NCBI GenBank assembly: GCA_964187785.1
Contig: OZ076409.1
Location: 49,416,001 to 49,480,000, forward strand
Direction: 5' to 3'
DNA from: Amphiscolops sp. MND2022
Taxonomy: Eukaryota
Length of the DNA: 64,000 bases
The notes below the pieces were generated by a model. It was not told the origin of the DNA and did not search any database. It saw only the letters and a list, made by a program, of their open reading frames with translations. The position numbers and the translations under genes were made by a program. Positions 59,765-64,000 of this stretch are shown piece by piece. Numbering within the stretch: position 1 is the stretch's first letter; each line of letters opens with the position of its first letter.

Positions 59765-61630
59765 TGTCATGAACATTCAGATCAGGATAATCATTGTCTA
59801 ACTGATTCTCATCTTGTTCATTTCTCAAGCTGTTTTTTGCATTTAAGTTTCGCTGAACTTCGGAATTCAGTTCCGGTCTCCCGGACAGAACGTCCCATCC
59901 TCTTCTAGTCCCGTGTCCCGACCCGGCCATAATTATATTTTGGATTTGAGGAAGCACTTGTGTACTTATTGCATCATTTTTTGCTCTTTGTATCTGGACA
60001 CTCACAGAATTCATCATCTCATCCATTTCTCGTGAAATACGGGAATTTAATTCACTTGACAACCTGTTTATCTCAGCACTAGAGTTGGCTGTAACTGATT
60101 TTCGGTCATATTCGGTATTTGTTCTAGAGTTAGCATTTCTCTGATTTCTACCTATATCCCCATCTTCATTTTCGGATTCATTGCTTGCAAAGCTTCTAGA
60201 TCTTCTGGGCAAGTTACTATTAAACTGCCTTCCCTTTCTCTCGTACTAAAGTGGTTCTCGCCTAACATGATATCTAAGTTCCCGATATCAGATAACATTT
60301 CAAGTCCTCTCGACTTTCTTGCCTTCTTCTGTTTTCTAGTTGTAGGCATCAAGACAAAACCGGGTTGAATATTTTAATTATTTAAACCGGAAAGCTGACA
60401 GATTAACTGTATTGAGTATTTCAGTATCTTTACTAGTGTAAGGTCAACTGAATTAATGAATTCCACTAACATGGTGGTAGTATTTACACTGCTTGGGGAA
60501 TGACTATCACATTTTTTACATAACTAGTTAAGATGATTGGATCATAGGATTCATCACTTCATAGGAAAATTCGCCGACGAACTGCATATTACTAGGGGAC
60601 ATTTAAGGAATGGCATCTAAAATCATCATATCAACCAACAGCTTCAAACAATATACCGATCAATGCTACTTATATCAAAGTGTCAACAAATGCCACCGCT
60701 CACATATTTTACACTAACGTAAGGTAGAGGCACGTGCCGGCACAAGTTTACTGCTGATCAAGTTGAGAACGGAATGTGCCCTTATATGAGGAATTTCGAT
60801 ACTGCATTAATATGTGTAAAAATACATTTTCGTATTGAGGCCGGAATAGGCTCAAGTCCATGACATGAACGGCACACTTGAAGAACAGAGTAGAATGGCC
60901 CTAATTGTCCATTTCATCTTGACTGGGGTTATCCAAGCATCAAAGCATTACAAATGCATCTATTAAGTTTAAATCACAAATTTGTTAGCTCCGAGTAAGT
61001 ACTGGTTTTAATTAAGCAACAAAGTATTACAACACTTGAACTGGCCGGAACCGGCCATTTGACTAAAGTACTAGTATAAGTGAGCGGCACTCAGTCAATA
61101 GGCCTTACTCGGCCATTAGAAATGAAAGCACTCATATGAACAAAGGAATGATCTGATTGGTTATAAGCTGTGCTGGAAGTTACGTCGCCGAGAAAGGACG
61201 TTTTCGCACTCGAACACGTTTCCTTCTCGCAATTAACTTGCACATTGTACGTTACCGCTTCAATCTGATTTTACATTCAACTTGTAATACAGCTTCGCAC
61301 CTTTTACTAATTTTAAAACAGCAACTCTATTTGGATAATCCCAAATCGTAATTTCAACAGACTAATATGGCTCTATTACATATAATCTAAACAGGATGGA
61401 ATCACTATAAAAGCACACCAATTTCAACATTGAAATAAGGGAACTTGTACCTATAAGTCTTTTGTTGGTTAATTTACAAAAGTACTATAACTATATAAAT
61501 AGATGCAACGAATGGGACCGTTTAACCAGTTCCGAGTTTTCTCAATAAATTGGCAGTGTCCCTGGTGCCACTTCTTGTCCGATGGTTGTCGTTGTTATCC
61601 TGGTGCCGTCACAGGCGGCAGCCTGCGACA
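59765..61630 (-). mobile_element. Solo LTR G (1866 bp), same subfamily as solo LTR D
   Basis: Minus strand TGTCGCAGGCTGCCGCCTGTGACGGCA...CATGACA with TSD AATAT on both sides. Contains a frameshifted gag N-terminus (60152-60352 and 59724-60212). Confidence 0.92.
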
Positions 61631-64000
61631 AATATCCAAAATTGACACTTTCTAAGTCATCGCTATAACTACAAGACCGTTGATTTTGAAATTTTTCTAC
61701 GGCGCTGATACTATTTGTCAAAAAAACATAGAAAATAAGCTATTGATACTTTTTAAGACATTGAACTTGAATTTCAGCGTCTTTAGTCTGCATGAGCCAA
61801 TGAGCCAAAACAGGCAGTTATACGCATAGCTGTCGGACATACAGTTCTTCTAACTCACGGTTACAGAATGCGAAAATTCTCCTTTTTCTGTGTTGAATGT
61901 TCTCTGCTATGCCGGATCAACCACTAGATACCAGACATGCTTGACTCACGACGAGATCCTAGTCGCCAAAATTCAGAAACTGCATTTGTTCAAATTTTAG
62001 CATGTTCAAGAAGATGCTACTATTTTAATCAATCAATTATCGTTATGCCAAAAATTTGATAACCTTTAATTAGCCTCTTGAAAAAGCTGAAAAATTACAA
62101 ATTTAACAAATGATTTCACTAATGTAATATGATAATGATTCTTCAGTTACGTCAGAGACCACATGAAGAAAATATATTGACTTCGTTTTGTTTGCTCATA
62201 ATCTGTGCATTTTTTCTTCACTCTAGGGTCTACGCCAGCTGGTTTTGGCATTTTTGAAAAAAGTCATATCATTATTATTTTGGAGTGATTCATGGCAAAA
62301 CAGTCAGGATGCTTGATATAATTTCACTTTGCTTCGCATATATCTGGGGTATGATTTACCACAATTTTTCACCAGAGAATTGTGGAGTTTTTGGGTAAGA
62401 CCAAAATGACATTTATATTACTCAAAAATTGACAAAACCCCGCTATTTTCCAATTTTTGACGTCTTTCACGCAATTTTTGTATAACTTTTTTGAAGAGAT
62501 ATGTGAAGTTTCTTGTTAAGAAAATGCCTTATAATGACCTCGAGTCAAAAAATCCCATATTTTCATTTTATAAATTTTTCTGACGTGGTTCAAAGATTTC
62601 GTGGGTGGAAACGTTCAAAAGCTCAACCACGGAAAACTAGCTATAAAGTACACTTCTTTGAACAAAATTTTCCATTTTTGCTTGAACAATCTCGTCAATT
62701 TTTTGAGAGATTTCGTGGATCATAATGTTAAAACTGTTATGCAGTACTTTTTTGCGAAGAGATAATCAATTTCGTATGTAAAAGTGCCTCAAAATGACCC
62801 GGAGAAAACTGAACAACCCAAAAACACTACGCTATTTAGGAAAGAAAAATGCGACTTTTTCGTCAGAAACGTTCCTCGGAATTTTACAAAAGTTCGAAGT
62901 TTGCAAAGTTCACCAATGTTTGACAACATTCTCCGAGGTTCGGACAGATTTCGAACGTTTGCTCGAATTGAAACAAGACGGAAACGTCTCAAGTCAGCGA
63001 TATACCTAAGGCTCAAAAAGAGCAGAGTTTTCAAAACATGCTCAAGACTTTTTTTATGAAAAACTCAGAATAAAATTTCCAAACACCCAAAGGGTGCTTT
63101 TCGTGCTCGGAAAACGCTTCAGACGTTCGGATACAGCGTGCTGAGACAAATGCGAGCGCTTTTTTCGAACATACGCCTTCTTTTCATAAAAACGCAAATT
63201 ACTTCAGATATAACGTCTAAAGTTTCTTATATAGCGTGCTGAGACAAATGGGAGCGCTTGTTTAAAAAGTCTCACAAAGCCGCAAAAATGTGGGGAAAAG
63301 TCATAACACCAACAAAGTGGAAGGGAGGACTCTTCTGTTTTGGAATGGTTTTGTAATTCATGTTAGAGGCTTAGGATGGGTTCAAAATCAAGTACTAAGT
63401 ACTTATGGTAAAAGTGCACAGTGCACAAAAAGCGGACCATTCAGACTTAGATTGACAAAAAACTAGTCACTGTAATAGTCTGGCTTTCTTCTTAATGGGT
63501 GCAAACAACCAAGCTCAGCGTTGAGACAACTAGCTATCAGGAAGCGTTTTGAAGGAGAGCTCGGAAAAAAGTTGTTCATAAAATACTATAAAAGATTCTC
63601 CTAGAAAAGTTCCGTATTTACACCATTCCGACAAAATTTAATCAACATTTGAAATTAACAATTCAGTAGATATGAAAGTTCAAAGAGTTGAAAGACAAAA
63701 CATTAAACCTTCAGCAAACATCCAAAAACCATGGGATGCTCAGGGAATGTTTACAAAAAGAAAGCTTAGCGCTTTGTTTTTTCTGTTAGGGTTTTGTGGG
63801 GTAATATTGATTTTCCAAAATCTTCTGGCAAATATTTTCATCCATTCCGCCTGAAATATAGTTGAAATATAATGAAAACACATGTTTAGCAGTTACGGAG
63901 TTTTACTTCCAAAAGAATAGGAAGGATGATATGAAAAATGACAAAAGTTTCATCTTTTCAGTTTCACAGGGGAGTACAAAACAACTCTATGGCCGCCATA

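Noticed and set aside
57777..63260. Small local duplications (AGTCACTTGAAAAATAGTTG x2 near 57777; AGCGTGCTGAGACAAATG x2 near 63135-63250)
   Set aside because: Ordinary short duplications in decayed repeat DNA; no further structure.

Overview
Eukaryotic, AT-rich, transposon-dense window (probably an invertebrate animal; inference). It is dominated by one clade of very large Ty3/Gypsy LTR retrotransposons. There are two complete ~15.7 kb copies: B (6907-22584, TSD GTATT) and C (35454-51236, TSD CGTAT). There is also a decayed minus-strand copy A (1-~6906, whose 5' LTR appears to be split by B) and two solo LTRs (25014-26744 and 59765-61630). The family has an unusual architecture. (i) Gag starts inside the LTR and reads through the LTR end and PBS. 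(ii) Gag-Pol is joined by a conserved A-AAA-AAC -1 frameshift site. (iii) Between pol and the 3' LTR both complete copies carry an antisense, intron-containing gene of ~1170-1200 codons, encoding a zinc-finger plus apparently catalytically dead hAT-transposase-like protein. (iv) A further sense ORF reads through the PPT into the 3' LTR, and its LTR-encoded C-terminus differs mostly at synonymous sites between copies. The window also holds two decayed small-LTR Gypsy elements, two non-autonomous TIR elements, a 1.5 kb palindromic LTR-like structure and degenerate tandem repeats. No confident host gene, RNA gene or CRISPR array was seen. All alignments, splice models and domain calls were made by eye.
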